From: Candidatus Latescibacterota bacterium
Lineage (GTDB): Bacteria > Latescibacterota > UBA2968 > UBA8231
Length of the DNA: 64,000 bases
NCBI GenBank assembly: GCA_965217585.1
Contig: OZ244561.1
Location: 4,864,001 to 4,928,000, forward strand
Direction of reading: 5' to 3'
Shown: positions 1-9,967 of the stretch, piece after piece
How positions within the stretch are numbered: the first letter of the stretch is position 1
Layout of the letters: the number at the start of each line of letters is the position of its first letter
Translations under genes and position numbers: made by a program
Notes under the pieces: generated by a model
Databases searched by the model: none
What the model saw: only the letters and a program-made list of their open reading frames with translations
Told to the model about the DNA's origin: nothing

Positions 1-2
1 TC

Positions 3-1253
3 ACGGTATTCGCCGGGCCGAATAACACGGGCAAGACGTTCGTGTCGAAGATGCTTTATTCAATTCTTAGTGCTATGAACGCGAATCATGCGCTAGTATT
101 TTTTGATGTGATAGCCCGCGGCATAGAATCGAATTTGCAACTTTTCGAGCAGAGCGGTCGAGCGATAGAAGAACGCCCCTTGTCCGCAATTAGAAGGGCA
201 CTCCAAAAGATCAACTCTATCCTACGGGAGGTGTTCCCAAGTCATCCGATCCAAGATGAACTTGACAAGCTCAGGGCGGTACAACCCGCGTTGATCGTTG
301 AAATCAAGGAGATAAAAGTCCATTCCCAAATCCTTAAAAACAACTTTCATGTCGATCTTGAATCCTCCATAGACACTTTGGAAGAGTTTCTCGGGGATGT
401 GGAAAAGGCGATTACTTTGGGGTGGTATTTCAGGCTTCGCCAGAACGTACACAGAAATTTTCAAGCATCTGATCTTTCAAATTTCAAAGGGGACGACGAT
501 TCCTCTTTGTCTTTCAGGGTCCAAGGAGTGGGGAAATTAAGGATAACAAAAGAAAATCTTTTTGATCTCGATCACGATCCACAAATCGTTCAGAAAATGC
601 AATCATTCCCAGAAGCCTTCTATTTCGAGTCTCCGCTTTATTGGAAACTGAAAAATGCTTTGGAGTCGATTAAGCTAGACTCACGTTCTCCTTTCGGGGC
701 TTCTTTGAACGGCGTCCCAGATTACTTCTACGATATGGCCGTTGCCCTCAGAAGGAGGCGGATCGAACATCCTTTCTCCGGAATACATGAAAGTCTGCAT
801 AAGGCGATTGGCGGGCAGATTTCGTTGAGTGAAGCGGGTGATCTTGAATTCCAGAAAAACGGCAAGTCGATTCCGCTCTCTCTCACGTCGGCGGGAGTTG
901 CAAATATGGGAATGTTGGCCTTGCTGATTGAGCGAGGAGCCTTAGAGCGTGGCTCTTTTCTTTTTATTGATGAACCTGAGTCGAATCTCCATCCGGCTTG
1001 GCAAGTTGAAATGGCGGCGTTCCTTTTTGAATTAGCCCGTCAGGGTGTCAACGTGGTGGTCTCTACCCATAGCATGACGATCCTCAAGTGGCTTGAGGTG
1101 CATGTAAAGGAAAAACCGGAAGACCGGGAACTCGTCAGGTTGAATAAGTTTCCGCCGGACGCCGAATGGAACGACGACATGGACGCGGTGATGGCAGAAG
1201 TTAAACAGTCATTGACTAAGCCCTACTCTGATCTCTACATCAAAGGGCTGTAG
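3..1253 (+). CDS. ABC/AAA-type ATPase (AAA_15/AAA_21, AbiEii-like), 5'-partial
   Basis: Frame is open from the window start and includes Walker A GPNNTGKT upstream of the called start (42). Signature-like LTSAGV, Walker B/D-loop FLFIDEPESNLHP and H-loop STHS are present. GC is lower than neighbours. Confidence 0.85.
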   Translation, partial: TVFAGPNNTGKTFVSKMLYSILSAMNANHALVFFDVIARGIESNLQLFEQSGRAIEERPLSAIRRALQKINSILREVFPSHPIQDELDKLRAVQPALIVEIKEIKVHSQILKNNFHVDLESSIDTLEEFLGDVEKAITLGWYFRLRQNVHRNFQASDLSNFKGDDDSSLSFRVQGVGKLRITKENLFDLDHDPQIVQKMQSFPEAFYFESPLYWKLKNALESIKLDSRSPFGASLNGVPDYFYDMAVALRRRRIEHPFSGIHESLHKAIGGQISLSEAGDLEFQKNGKSIPLSLTSAGVANMGMLALLIERGALERGSFLFIDEPESNLHPAWQVEMAAFLFELARQGVNVVVSTHSMTILKWLEVHVKEKPEDRELVRLNKFPPDAEWNDDMDAVMAEVKQSLTKPYSDLYIKGL

Positions 1254-1254
1254 A

Positions 1255-1821
1255 ATGCCCTTATCCCAATTCGTCAAGCCAATAGAGTCTATAGAGTCTA
1301 TCGGCGACTTTAAAGCGTATCGAATGGACAGCACGAAGGGAGGGTCCAACATGCGCGACGATGCCGGACTTGGAACATGCGAGTGCTGCGACTATGTAAC
1401 AATCAGCAAGGACAACCAAAGCGTTTTTCTCATAGAGGAAACCAACTTAGAGTACACGATATATAATTTCAAACAGGATTATGATTACCTTGAAGAAGCC
1501 GATGAAAATAAATTGTTTTACGAGAAAATTCTTGGGGAGAATCGGCTTAAACTTTATGGATCGATGTTGGTCCTGTGTCGCCTGTCAAGCTTGCAGGACG
1601 ATGTGAAAGAATTTCTGCCGAAGGATAAGTTTCAATTCTGGCTCGTAACGACCGGCACCGCTCCGTCTCCGTTGGACTCTACTATATTGATGGACCACCT
1701 GAGCGATAGGTTGAGAATTGATCTGAAAAGTCCATTCGGAGGGATGATGAATGCGGTCGATATTATTCCGTCAACTAAGCTGGCCGAAAAACTATCGGAC
1801 GAAGCTATGGAAGTAGAATAA
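1255..1821 (+). CDS. Hypothetical protein coupled to the ATPase, possible PD-(D/E)xK-like fold
   Basis: 188 aa, starts 1 nt after the ATPase stop, same low-GC composition, CCDY-x11-IEE motif. Confidence 0.6.
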   Translation: MPLSQFVKPIESIESIGDFKAYRMDSTKGGSNMRDDAGLGTCECCDYVTISKDNQSVFLIEETNLEYTIYNFKQDYDYLEEADENKLFYEKILGENRLKLYGSMLVLCRLSSLQDDVKEFLPKDKFQFWLVTTGTAPSPLDSTILMDHLSDRLRIDLKSPFGGMMNAVDIIPSTKLAEKLSDEAMEVE

Positions 1822-1865
1822 ACGTTCTCAAACTGTATCCCATTCACTTCTGTTGAGGAAAAAAA

Positions 1866-2531
1866 ATGATTGATCTAAGCAAGTACCGCATTATCGACTT
1901 ATCGCACGAGATGGTTCCCGGAGAGAAGAAAATCGACGGGCACTATCTGCACGGCGAGCCCTTTTACGGCCGCTCGGTGGAGGTGCAGGAGTTTATGGCC
2001 TACGGGGCCCGGATGCACTTCATTCAGAGTCAGACGCACAATGGCACGCACTGCGAGGGGGCCTACAAATACCTCGATGAAGGACCGGACATGGCCGGCA
2101 TGCCATTGGCCTCGTACATTGGCGAGGCCGTGATCTGCGATTTTTCGCACAAGGGGGCAGGAGAGGGAATCAGTGCCGATGAATTTCGTCGGGCAGGGGT
2201 GAAAAGCGGCGATATCGTGCTGGTGCGCACCAACCCCGAACACAGCGGCGAGCTACCCTACTTTGAAGCTGATGTGCTGGATTTTTTTATTAAAACGCGG
2301 ATCAAATTGCTGGCCTCGAGCGGCGGTTTGTACTACGGCCCATCCACTGTGCCCAACGCCCACATTGACGCCGAGCGCCGGCTGCTGCAAGAGGGCATTC
2401 CCATGGTGGACGCCCTCTTGGGATTGGAGCAACTGACAAAGGACCGCGTCTTTTTCATCGCCCTGCCGATCAAGATGCAGCGGGTCACGGCTAGTTGGAC
2501 CCGGGCCATTGCCCTAGAAGAGATCGACTGA
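1866..2531 (+). CDS. Cyclase / kynurenine formamidase-like metal-dependent hydrolase
   Basis: IIDLSH start, HNGTHCE variant of HxGTHxD, GDIVLVRT, C-terminal FIALPIK..RAIA; RBS GAGG. Confidence 0.85.
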   Translation: MIDLSKYRIIDLSHEMVPGEKKIDGHYLHGEPFYGRSVEVQEFMAYGARMHFIQSQTHNGTHCEGAYKYLDEGPDMAGMPLASYIGEAVICDFSHKGAGEGISADEFRRAGVKSGDIVLVRTNPEHSGELPYFEADVLDFFIKTRIKLLASSGGLYYGPSTVPNAHIDAERRLLQEGIPMVDALLGLEQLTKDRVFFIALPIKMQRVTASWTRAIALEEID

Positions 2532-2535
2532 GCGC

Positions 2536-3390
2536 TCAGCTCAGCGCGACGACTTCTTGTTCGACGATTTCCTTGAGGTGGCTAAAGGAGGCCGGTGCGG
2601 CTAGTTCCAAGGTTTCTGGCGAAAGTCGAGCCTTGACCTCCGGGGAGAAACGGTCTAGACCGCCGCGCACGCTTTCGTGCTGCTGCATGTAGCGCAGGGT
2701 GAGAAAGCGGCGGTCGCGGTCTTTGGGCACCCAAGAGAGCGCGCCGTGGGTGACTAATTCGGAGATGATGACCACATCGCCGGCCTTGGGCGTTACATTG
2801 AGCACTCCCTCGGGCACTTCGGTGCTGAAGTACTCGTCGTTGTATCCATCTGCCGTATAGCTATCGGGATAGAAAAGTGACCGCGGATAGTCGAAGTGGC
2901 TCTTGTGGCTACAGGGGAGAATAATAAGCCCGCCGTCGCCGGGATAGACGTCGGTCAGGTAGAAGAAGAAGACTAGGTCATTGCACTGGACTTTGCCGCC
3001 GATTGTGCTGTAGCGTCCCTGCTCTGGATTGCGGGCCGGTGACCCGGGGACGCCACCGTGCAGGGGATGGAAGGGCTTGCCGTGGACATCGACCATCAGA
3101 TTGCCGCTGGTCAGGCGCGGCCGATCGTCGGTCAACTCCTTGAGGACAGGCCAAGTTTTGGGGTGTAGGGTCAGCGATTCGAGGGGCTTGTCAAAGGCGA
3201 AGGCATTGATATACCAGTTGAAGTGCTCGCGCTCGAGATTGATTTCGAGGCCGGCGGGTACCTCCTCCGGCGGCGTGTCAATGTAGCGCTGAGCCGCGTC
3301 TTGGGCCGCCTGCAATTCCGCTCCTTGCAGTACGCCTTGGAGGTGAAGGTAGCCGGTCAAGTCGAAAAAATAGCGCTGTTCGGGGGTCAT
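2536..3390 (-). CDS. Phytanoyl-CoA dioxygenase (PhyH) family Fe/2OG enzyme, paralog 1
   Basis: MTPEQRYFFDLTGYLHL start (ATG 3390 overlaps the upstream stop), YLTDVxPGDGGL, KAGDVVI..HG motifs. Confidence 0.85.
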   Translation of the reverse strand: MTPEQRYFFDLTGYLHLQGVLQGAELQAAQDAAQRYIDTPPEEVPAGLEINLEREHFNWYINAFAFDKPLESLTLHPKTWPVLKELTDDRPRLTSGNLMVDVHGKPFHPLHGGVPGSPARNPEQGRYSTIGGKVQCNDLVFFFYLTDVYPGDGGLIILPCSHKSHFDYPRSLFYPDSYTADGYNDEYFSTEVPEGVLNVTPKAGDVVIISELVTHGALSWVPKDRDRRFLTLRYMQQHESVRGGLDRFSPEVKARLSPETLELAAPASFSHLKEIVEQEVVALS

Positions 3391-4850
3391 GCCGCACCTC
3401 TTTGTGCAACGATTTGGAAGGAATAGAGCTGGCTTTGGCGCAGGCTGAAATGCAGGCGCACCGGCTCCTTGAGTTCTGCTAGCGTGCGGCCGCTGCGCCA
3501 CTGGACTTCGTGGGTCGTGCAATCTGCGTCCAGCGGCTGACACTCGCCTAGGGAAAAACCATCGATGACCGCCCCGTAAAGGGTGCGCACCTCGACGCGC
3601 ACCTCGCCCCGGCTGGCGTCGGCGTTGAGCCGGAGGGCGTTGCCCTCGTCAAAGCGCAGCGGTCGGGTCGTCAGACTTCCCGGCTGGTCTCCCGCGGCAA
3701 TAGAGACAAAGCCGTCCACGCGCAATTCGGCGATACCTAAGGCATCGCCGCGCAAAAGCCGGCCGTTGTGTTGCGTGCCCAATAAATCGTTGATGCCGAC
3801 GTGCGGAATATTCGAGCCGCGATAGTAGATGCGGATGCATTCGTCCTCGACTTGGACGTGGTCGATGTACAAGCGCTTTTCGTCCCAGGCTTGCTCGTCG
3901 CCGCCGAGGAAGACTTGGCGGTCGCAGACTCGCGTCCACTGGCGGCCGTCGCGGCTGAAGGTGAGTTGGGCGTCGATGGTGTAGTTGGTGCCCGCTAGCG
4001 GTTGGGAATCGCCGGTGAACTCGTGATAGACATTGAGAAACCCGAGGTAGGCACCTTGGTATGGCAGCACGGGCATATAGTAGAACTCAGTGCCAAGGCC
4101 GTCACGCTGGTCCGGGGTGAGTACTTCCTCGATGTGAGTCCACGAAGCGGCGTCAATGCTCTCGGCCCGCCCCATGCGCCGGGTGGGAAAAACCGAAGCG
4201 TCGTAGGGCACGCCTCGGTTGCGCCAGGTGCGCTTTCGGTGGTGGCCGTTGGGCCGCAAGTACATGACGTACAGTCCGTAGCGCTGGTCCCAAAACAGGG
4301 ACTGGGAGGCATCGCCTGTGGGGGCGATCACGGGATTGGGCTGATGCGCGGTCCAGCGCAGCCCATCGGCCGACCAAGCCATGCCCACTCCACCCCCGTA
4401 GTAGTAAGCCATTTTGTAGCGCCGCGCCGGGTCTTGTTCGCGTTCGTCTTTGGCGACCGTCATGTCATGGGCAAAGCCCGCAGGCAGGGCGAGCAGATTG
4501 TTGGCCGTTGACCCATTGAATTCGACGAGCCCCAGTTCGGGGCGCTCGAAGTGGATGCCATCCTCTGAGACGGCGTAACACAAGCCGGGGCTATTCACTT
4601 CGGGGTAAATGCTGTACCAGAGATTATATGTGCCTTTGTCGCGGTCCTTAGCTACATCGCAGTAGAGGAAGCGCTGTCCCTCCCAAGGTTTTTCCATCAC
4701 CAAGACGGGATTCTCCGCGAGTTTGCGCGGCTGATGCACAAAGCGGGCGGCGTTTTCCAGCGAATCGATCAGCAGATCATCGAGGAAGAGCTGGCGTTCG
4801 GGGCCGATATCGACGATGGGGGGCAGGCGTTCGACCAGCAGTTCGTTCAT
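3387..4850 (-). CDS. Uncharacterised five-bladed beta-propeller glycoside-hydrolase-like protein (paralog 1)
   Basis: QLFLDD, KPWE, YAVSEDGIHFERPELG, SADGLRW and SRDGRQW Asp-box-like repeats; C-terminal beta-sandwich ending VRLHFSLRQSQLYSF. Confidence 0.75.
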   Translation of the reverse strand: MNELLVERLPPIVDIGPERQLFLDDLLIDSLENAARFVHQPRKLAENPVLVMEKPWEGQRFLYCDVAKDRDKGTYNLWYSIYPEVNSPGLCYAVSEDGIHFERPELGLVEFNGSTANNLLALPAGFAHDMTVAKDEREQDPARRYKMAYYYGGGVGMAWSADGLRWTAHQPNPVIAPTGDASQSLFWDQRYGLYVMYLRPNGHHRKRTWRNRGVPYDASVFPTRRMGRAESIDAASWTHIEEVLTPDQRDGLGTEFYYMPVLPYQGAYLGFLNVYHEFTGDSQPLAGTNYTIDAQLTFSRDGRQWTRVCDRQVFLGGDEQAWDEKRLYIDHVQVEDECIRIYYRGSNIPHVGINDLLGTQHNGRLLRGDALGIAELRVDGFVSIAAGDQPGSLTTRPLRFDEGNALRLNADASRGEVRVEVRTLYGAVIDGFSLGECQPLDADCTTHEVQWRSGRTLAELKEPVRLHFSLRQSQLYSFQIVAQRGAA

Positions 4851-5704
4851 ACGGTCAGTTCTATTGTATCGCGCGTGGTGATTTCTTTGCGGTCCTTGAA
4901 GTCGCGCACGGCGATCAGTTCCAAGGTTTCTGGCGACAATTGGGCCTTGACGCCGTCGGGAAAGGGGTCAGAGGGGCCGATGTGCTGCACGCCGTAGCGC
5001 AGAGTGAGAAAGCGGCGGTCGCGGTCTTGGGGCTCCCAGGAGAGCGCGCCGTGGGTGAGGTGTTCGGACATGATGACCACGTCGCCGGCTCTGGGCGTAA
5101 AATTGGTCACTCCTTCGGGCACTTCAGTGCTGAAATAATCGTCGTTGTACCCCCCGTCTGCGGTGTAGCTTTCTGGATAGAAGTAGTGGTGTTCGCGCAG
5201 GAAATTGGCCTTGTGCGAGCCGGGTACGACAATGAGCCCGCCGTCGCCGGGGAAAACGTCGGTCAGATAAAAGAAAAATACCAAGTCATTGTTGTATATT
5301 TTGCCGTCCTTGACAAAACTGCGGCGCCAGCCTGGCTGGCCTTTGCGCAGGGCTGACTCGCGTCCCGAATGCAGGGGATGAAAGGGCTTGCCGTGGACAT
5401 CGACCATCATATTGCCGCCGCCTAGCCGGGGTTTGCCGCCGGTCAGTTCGAGCAGGATGGGCCAGGTTTTGGGGTGCATCGTCAGCCGTTCGAGGGCCTT
5501 GTCAAAGGCGAAGGCGTAGAGATACCAGTTGAAGTGCTCGCGGTTGAGGTCGATGCGAAAACCCTCCGGTAGCTGATCCGGCGGCGTGTCAATGTAGCGC
5601 TGGGCCGCGTCCTGGGCGGGTCGGAGTTCGCTCTCACTCAGAACACCGCGCAAATGGAGATAACCGGTTAGATCAAAAAAATAGCGCTGTTCGGGAGTCA
5701 TCAT
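4847..5704 (-). CDS. PhyH family dioxygenase, paralog 2
   Basis: MMTPEQRYFFDLTGYLHL; closely similar to 2536-3390; VPGSHK, RAGDVVI..HG. Confidence 0.85.
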   Translation of the reverse strand: MMTPEQRYFFDLTGYLHLRGVLSESELRPAQDAAQRYIDTPPDQLPEGFRIDLNREHFNWYLYAFAFDKALERLTMHPKTWPILLELTGGKPRLGGGNMMVDVHGKPFHPLHSGRESALRKGQPGWRRSFVKDGKIYNNDLVFFFYLTDVFPGDGGLIVVPGSHKANFLREHHYFYPESYTADGGYNDDYFSTEVPEGVTNFTPRAGDVVIMSEHLTHGALSWEPQDRDRRFLTLRYGVQHIGPSDPFPDGVKAQLSPETLELIAVRDFKDRKEITTRDTIELTV

Positions 5705-5842
5705 CTCGTTTTCCTGTGATCTCACTGGCTGGTGACTTATATTGGTTCCGCACCTTTCAAGTAACCAAATACGGCTCTGGACTTCAAGGTCCCCTAACTC
5801 AAAAGGTCCTTGGTAGCCGGGATTATCAGCAGGAGTTCGTTC

Positions 5843-6940
5843 ATGGCCCGTGTGCGCATTGGTGTTTTGGGTTGTGGTGCCATAGCTCAGGTCCAGCACC
5901 TACCCAACCTGTTGGCACTCAACGAGGAATTTGCCGTTCCCATTGTCTGCGACCTGTCTCCCGACCAGGCGGCCTATGTCGCCAAACGCTTTGCTATCCC
6001 CCGGCACGTCAGCACCCTCGACGACCTGCTGAGCGCTGATATCGACGCGGTCCTCCTCTGCCATACCGATCCCAAAAGCGACGCGGCAATCGCTGCTTTT
6101 GCCGCCGGCAAACACGTGCTGATCGAAAAGCCCATCTGCGCGTCCTTACAGGAAGCCGACGCCATGATAGCGGCCATGCGCGAAGCTGGCACCGTGGGCC
6201 AGGCCGCCTACATGAAGGCCTACGATCCGGCCTTTGCTCTGGCCAAAAGAGAGGTAGAGGGTTTGGATTACAGCTTTATCCAGATCAACCACCTGCACCC
6301 GAGCAATTATCTCCACCTCGATCACTTCAACGTGCAATACGTTGGTTCACAGCGCCCCGCAATCGCCGCTCAACGCCAGCGCGCCTATAGGGAAACACTG
6401 CGCCAGGCTTTTGGCGACCTTTTTGCGCAAGCTGAACCCGTCTGCGGCATCACCTACGGCCTGATCCACGATCTTTACAGCTTGCGCACGATGGTGGGCT
6501 CGCCCCGCGCCGTGGTTAGCACGGAAATCTGGAAGAACAACCGCTCGATTACCTCAGTGCTCGAATACGCCAATGGCGCGCGCTGTGTCATCAGTCGGGT
6601 TGACTTGGAAAAGTTGTGGGATTTTCGCGAGACCTTGGAGATCTACGGCGACGATAAGCGCGTGCTGCTCACCTATCCGACCGGTTTTTCGCGCCGCGTG
6701 CTCTCCACCCTGACTATCCAGGGCATTGACGAGCACGGCACTAGCTACCGCAAAGAACCAGCCATTCCTTGGGAGAGCGCCTTTACCGCGGAATTGCGCC
6801 ACTTCCACGCCTGTATCACCGAGGGGGTGGAGTGTCGCACGCCGATCACTGAGGCGCGCCACGACGTGGAACTTATCATCGATATCACTAAATCCTATAT
6901 CACCGGCCAATCCGTGGAGAAAAACTGTGAACGGAAATAA
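5843..6940 (+). CDS. Gfo/Idh/MocA family oxidoreductase
   Basis: RIGVLGCGAIA Rossmann motif, GKHVLIEKP; RBS AGGAG before ATG 5843. Confidence 0.9.
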   Translation: MARVRIGVLGCGAIAQVQHLPNLLALNEEFAVPIVCDLSPDQAAYVAKRFAIPRHVSTLDDLLSADIDAVLLCHTDPKSDAAIAAFAAGKHVLIEKPICASLQEADAMIAAMREAGTVGQAAYMKAYDPAFALAKREVEGLDYSFIQINHLHPSNYLHLDHFNVQYVGSQRPAIAAQRQRAYRETLRQAFGDLFAQAEPVCGITYGLIHDLYSLRTMVGSPRAVVSTEIWKNNRSITSVLEYANGARCVISRVDLEKLWDFRETLEIYGDDKRVLLTYPTGFSRRVLSTLTIQGIDEHGTSYRKEPAIPWESAFTAELRHFHACITEGVECRTPITEARHDVELIIDITKSYITGQSVEKNCERK

Positions 6941-8414
6941 TCTATACGACCCTAATTTGCATCTATTTCTCGACGACGTGGAAGTACAAGATCATCCCGG
7001 CTTTGTGCGCAAGGTGCAGCGGCCTGAGCGCATTCAGACGGAGCCGGTATTAAAACCCGACCGGCCCTGGGAGGGGAAAGCCGTGCAATTGTGGGGCTCG
7101 GTGCTCTACGACGACGACGAAAACTGCTTCAAGATGTGGTATTATTCGATCAACAACGACCTGTACGAGCGCACCGGCCAAGGGCACTTTATGTGTTACG
7201 CCACCTCAAAAGACGGTATCGCGTGGGAAAAGCCGGAACTGGGGATCGTGGCCTGCGAAGGGTCCCGCGCCAACAATATCGTCTATCCGCCGCCGGGTGT
7301 TCACTACGGTTTGGATCCGTGGGGCGTGGTCAAAGACCTGCAAGAGCAAGATCCGTCCAAACGGTATAAGATGGGTATGTACCAACAGCGCCCGACCGCG
7401 GACGCTCCGCAGGAAACGCCCACTATGGACCGCCAAGCGCGCAATGCCCTGCGCAAAGTGCTCTTCGATAAAATCCGCGACCACCACGGCATGTACGCAG
7501 CCTTCTCGCCAGACGGCATTCACTGGCGGCTGGACGACCGCAATTACGTCCCCCGCTCCGGCGATGCCGGCGCGCTGGTGTACGATCCCATGCAGCGGCG
7601 CTACCTAGCGGTTTCGCGCCGTTATGAAACGCTGATGGATCACTTCATGCTGGAGTGGAAGGACTACCGCCGCGTCATTGCTCTGTCCAGCAGCGAGGAT
7701 TTTATCGATTGGACGCCTCTGAGAACCATTATCAAACCGGATGATTTCGACGATCCTAGGGATCAGCTATACGTGATGACGCCTTTTGTCTACGGCAGCC
7801 AGTACATTGGTTTCATCGGCATGCTGCACTCGGCCACGGAGCTGGGTCCGGTACAACTGGCTACGGCGCGGCATCTGGACCACTGGCAGCGGGTGGGCCG
7901 TCGCGAGGAATTTTTGCCGGTTGGCTCGCCCGGCACTTGGGACGGGGCCTGGTCCTCCCTGTCGTCCAATCCTCCTGCTCTTGTGGGGGATACGCTGTAC
8001 ATGTGGTATTCGGGCCGTCCCCAGGCCCACGGCACCGAGGGCAATTCCACCAGTTCGATCGGGCTAGTGACCTTGCGCAAGGATCGCTTTGTGGCGCTGC
8101 GCTGTGGCATCGGGGGCGGCGAGTTGATGACTGAACCCATTGCCGTCAGCGGTCCTAGGCTCGGGGTCAATGCCACCTGTTTATTCGGGCACTTGCAGGT
8201 GCGCGTCATCGCGGAGGCCTCCGTGCCGGAGGGCTTTGACTTCGACTCGTGCAATGGGTTGGCACGGGGAGACGAGACGGATTGCGAGGTTACCTGGGGG
8301 CAGGAGCGGCGCGATCTGACGCCTTTTGTCGGTCGGACTATCCGCTTGCACTTTCGCGCCGACAATGCTACGAGCCTGTACGCCTATCGAACCGGGGACA
8401 AATCTCGCGTTTAA
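6927..8414 (+). CDS. Beta-propeller hydrolase-like protein (paralog 2)
   Basis: Likely GTG start 6927 after GGAGA; LFLDD, RPWE, YATSKDGIAWEKPELG, SPDGIHW; shared C-terminal domain. Confidence 0.75.
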   Translation: MNGNNLYDPNLHLFLDDVEVQDHPGFVRKVQRPERIQTEPVLKPDRPWEGKAVQLWGSVLYDDDENCFKMWYYSINNDLYERTGQGHFMCYATSKDGIAWEKPELGIVACEGSRANNIVYPPPGVHYGLDPWGVVKDLQEQDPSKRYKMGMYQQRPTADAPQETPTMDRQARNALRKVLFDKIRDHHGMYAAFSPDGIHWRLDDRNYVPRSGDAGALVYDPMQRRYLAVSRRYETLMDHFMLEWKDYRRVIALSSSEDFIDWTPLRTIIKPDDFDDPRDQLYVMTPFVYGSQYIGFIGMLHSATELGPVQLATARHLDHWQRVGRREEFLPVGSPGTWDGAWSSLSSNPPALVGDTLYMWYSGRPQAHGTEGNSTSSIGLVTLRKDRFVALRCGIGGGELMTEPIAVSGPRLGVNATCLFGHLQVRVIAEASVPEGFDFDSCNGLARGDETDCEVTWGQERRDLTPFVGRTIRLHFRADNATSLYAYRTGDKSRV

Positions 8415-8436
8415 CGAGGACAAGGAGAAAAGACAA

Positions 8437-9954
8437 ATGGACGAGTTACAGGCCAAAACCCTACCCGCGCTCGATTGGCACGGTATCTGGCCCGGCTACG
8501 TCAGCCACGACGACGAAGGACTGTATTTCCCCCAGGATTTGCCCACCGGCATCCGCTTGGCCGTGCAGCAAGCCGAGTGCTCTGATCCGGTCATGGTGCG
8601 CCAAAAGCGCTGGGAAGCCGGCAATATCCACTACCCGAGTTTAATAAAGGAAGGCGACCGCTATCGCCTGTGGTACTGCTGCTTCGCCGACCCCGAAGAT
8701 TCCTGGGTGAAGGCCGGCCATGTGCCGGGTAAAGTGCCCGGACTGTGGTGCTACGCCGAGAGCGGCGACGGCTTTCACTGGGAGCGGCCCGCATTGGGGC
8801 GGGTCGAATTCGCTGGCTCCAAGGATAACAATATCCTCTTTGTCTGCGACCAAGTGGGTTCGCACTACGGGTATATGAACGTCATGCGCGATCCCAACGG
8901 CAGCGACGAGGAGCGCTATAAGGCCATCGGTATTACCGCCAAGTTCGAGGTTGATGGCCAGCCAGCTAGCCGGGCGGAGGTGATGGAATTGCGGGCCAAG
9001 CGCGAGGCGGCCGGAGACGCCGGTGAAATCGGTGCCAACATAACCTCGCAGGTAGTGGTCACCGCCGGGGTTTCGGCCGACGGCTATAGCTGGACCCACC
9101 TGCCCGAGCCGATTATGGCACCGCCCTTTTTGCTCGATACGCAAAATATTCTCACCTACGATGCCGATAGCGGCAAATACGTCATTTATTTGCGCAGTGG
9201 TCTCCAGCGGCGCCGGGCGGTGTCGCGCTACGAAGCCGATACTTTTCGCGGGCCGTGGGACAATCACCTCATGGTGCTCACGGCCGAGCCCGACGATCCG
9301 CCCGATTGGGACATCTATGCGCCGGGCTATTGTCGCCATCCGCACGGCCAGCACCTCATGTTCTTCAGTCCCTACCGCCGGGCCAGCGATTTGGTCGACG
9401 TGTACTTGTCCACCAGTCACGACGGCCAGCTCTGGTACCGGCCGGAACGCAAGCCGATCATTCCGGTGAGTGAGCGCTATGGCAGCCTTTACCCGACGCC
9501 AGAACTGGTGGAGTTGGACCAAGACCGCTGGGGCGTGCTGACCTTGGCCTGTCCGCACCCGCACAACCGCTCTTCCAACCATCCGCACGAGTACATCTGG
9601 GCCACGTGGAAGCGCGACCGGCTGGTGGCTTGGGAAACGGACGATTGGGCGGAATTTGCCCTGAGCGAACAGCTATGCGCCGGCCAGCAGCTCAAGATCA
9701 ACTTCAAGACGTTGTTGCCGGGTGCCTTTGTCGAAGTGGAAATCGTCGCTGGCAGTTTGCCCAATCGAACGAGTGCAGCTCTGGTTCCGGCCCTAGCAGG
9801 ATTCAGTTTTGCCGACTGCGACCGGATGGCTGGGGATGAGTTGGAGGCCGTGGTGAGCTGGCGGGGCAAGTCGGATCTGGCGGCGCTGAAGGGCCAGAAG
9901 ATCCATTTGCGATTTCGCATGGCGCGCGCCCAGCTCTTTGCCGTTACCCTCTGA
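8437..9954 (+). CDS. Beta-propeller hydrolase-like protein (paralog 3)
   Basis: RBS AAGGAG and ATG 8437; YAESGDGFHWERPALG, DTQN, SHDGQLWYRPERKP, WRGKSDLAALKG. Confidence 0.75.
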   Translation: MDELQAKTLPALDWHGIWPGYVSHDDEGLYFPQDLPTGIRLAVQQAECSDPVMVRQKRWEAGNIHYPSLIKEGDRYRLWYCCFADPEDSWVKAGHVPGKVPGLWCYAESGDGFHWERPALGRVEFAGSKDNNILFVCDQVGSHYGYMNVMRDPNGSDEERYKAIGITAKFEVDGQPASRAEVMELRAKREAAGDAGEIGANITSQVVVTAGVSADGYSWTHLPEPIMAPPFLLDTQNILTYDADSGKYVIYLRSGLQRRRAVSRYEADTFRGPWDNHLMVLTAEPDDPPDWDIYAPGYCRHPHGQHLMFFSPYRRASDLVDVYLSTSHDGQLWYRPERKPIIPVSERYGSLYPTPELVELDQDRWGVLTLACPHPHNRSSNHPHEYIWATWKRDRLVAWETDDWAEFALSEQLCAGQQLKINFKTLLPGAFVEVEIVAGSLPNRTSAALVPALAGFSFADCDRMAGDELEAVVSWRGKSDLAALKGQKIHLRFRMARAQLFAVTL

Positions 9955-9967
9955 TAGGAGACAGAGC

